A stretch of DNA of 64,000 nt from Torpedo marmorata. Lineage: Eukaryota. Position 1 is the stretch's first letter; every line of letters begins with the position of its first letter. This document shows positions 63,742-64,000 of the stretch, piece after piece. The DNA lies in assembly GCA_977017645.1 (NCBI GenBank), contig OZ360227.1, forward strand, positions 113,150,001-113,214,000. Direction: 5' to 3'. The notes under the pieces were generated by a model. That model did no database searches. It saw nothing but the letters and a program-made list of their open reading frames with translations, and was not told the DNA's origin. The position numbers were made by a program, and so were the translations under genes.

Positions 63742-64000
63742 ATGTGTTATTCCATACGCTAGGCCAAATGCTAACTCCCTCAAATTTAAATAATAAAAAC
63801 ACTGTTGAAAACCATGCGTCGAACTATGAATTCCCGGGCGATCCACATAGATGTCTTTTATAAGTAATATTATATTACTTTCTTTTTTTTTTCCTTCTTT
63901 CTTTTGTAGATTTTAGGAAGGGGAGTGAATGTAAGGGGAGGGAGTGTGTAGAGGGTGGGATTAGAAATATTAAGTAATCATTTTAATTTGAAATGTTTGA

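Larger units (their letters stand above)
58255..64000 (+). mobile_element. Near full-length L1 (5' UTR, ORF1, spacer, ORF2, 3' UTR), inactivated
   Basis: G-rich 5' start gggggacgtcacgtgatg; ORF1 and ORF2 remnants; G-rich 3' UTR running to the window edge. Confidence 0.95.

Overview
AT-rich, extremely repeat-dense vertebrate genomic DNA. The mix of CR1 LINEs, HE1/V-SINE-like tRNA SINEs, Penelope-like elements (PLE), Rex1-type LINEs and AT-rich L1s suggests a cartilaginous fish (shark/ray); this is an inference. Almost every long ORF is transposon-derived and I could not identify a host gene; there are only weak exon candidates. The window contains: an ERV-L/Fv1-like gag remnant; a complete Mag-type Gypsy element with LTRs, PBS, PPT and TSD; a near full-length L1 and many truncated L1s, two with twin-priming 5' inversions and one with a mirror-image tail copy; a Charlie/SPIN-like hAT; PLE tails with minimal hammerhead motifs; and a 5S-derived SINE. 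Most notable are two opposite-orientation copies of a non-autonomous composite hAT element (13574-19491 and 29073-33055). They share their ends and one arm but carry unrelated cargo. The cargo of the first includes a ~670-bp GC-rich array of long nested hairpins that reads as an alternating-orientation concatemer. All calls were made by eye; boundaries without a TSD or TIR are approximate.
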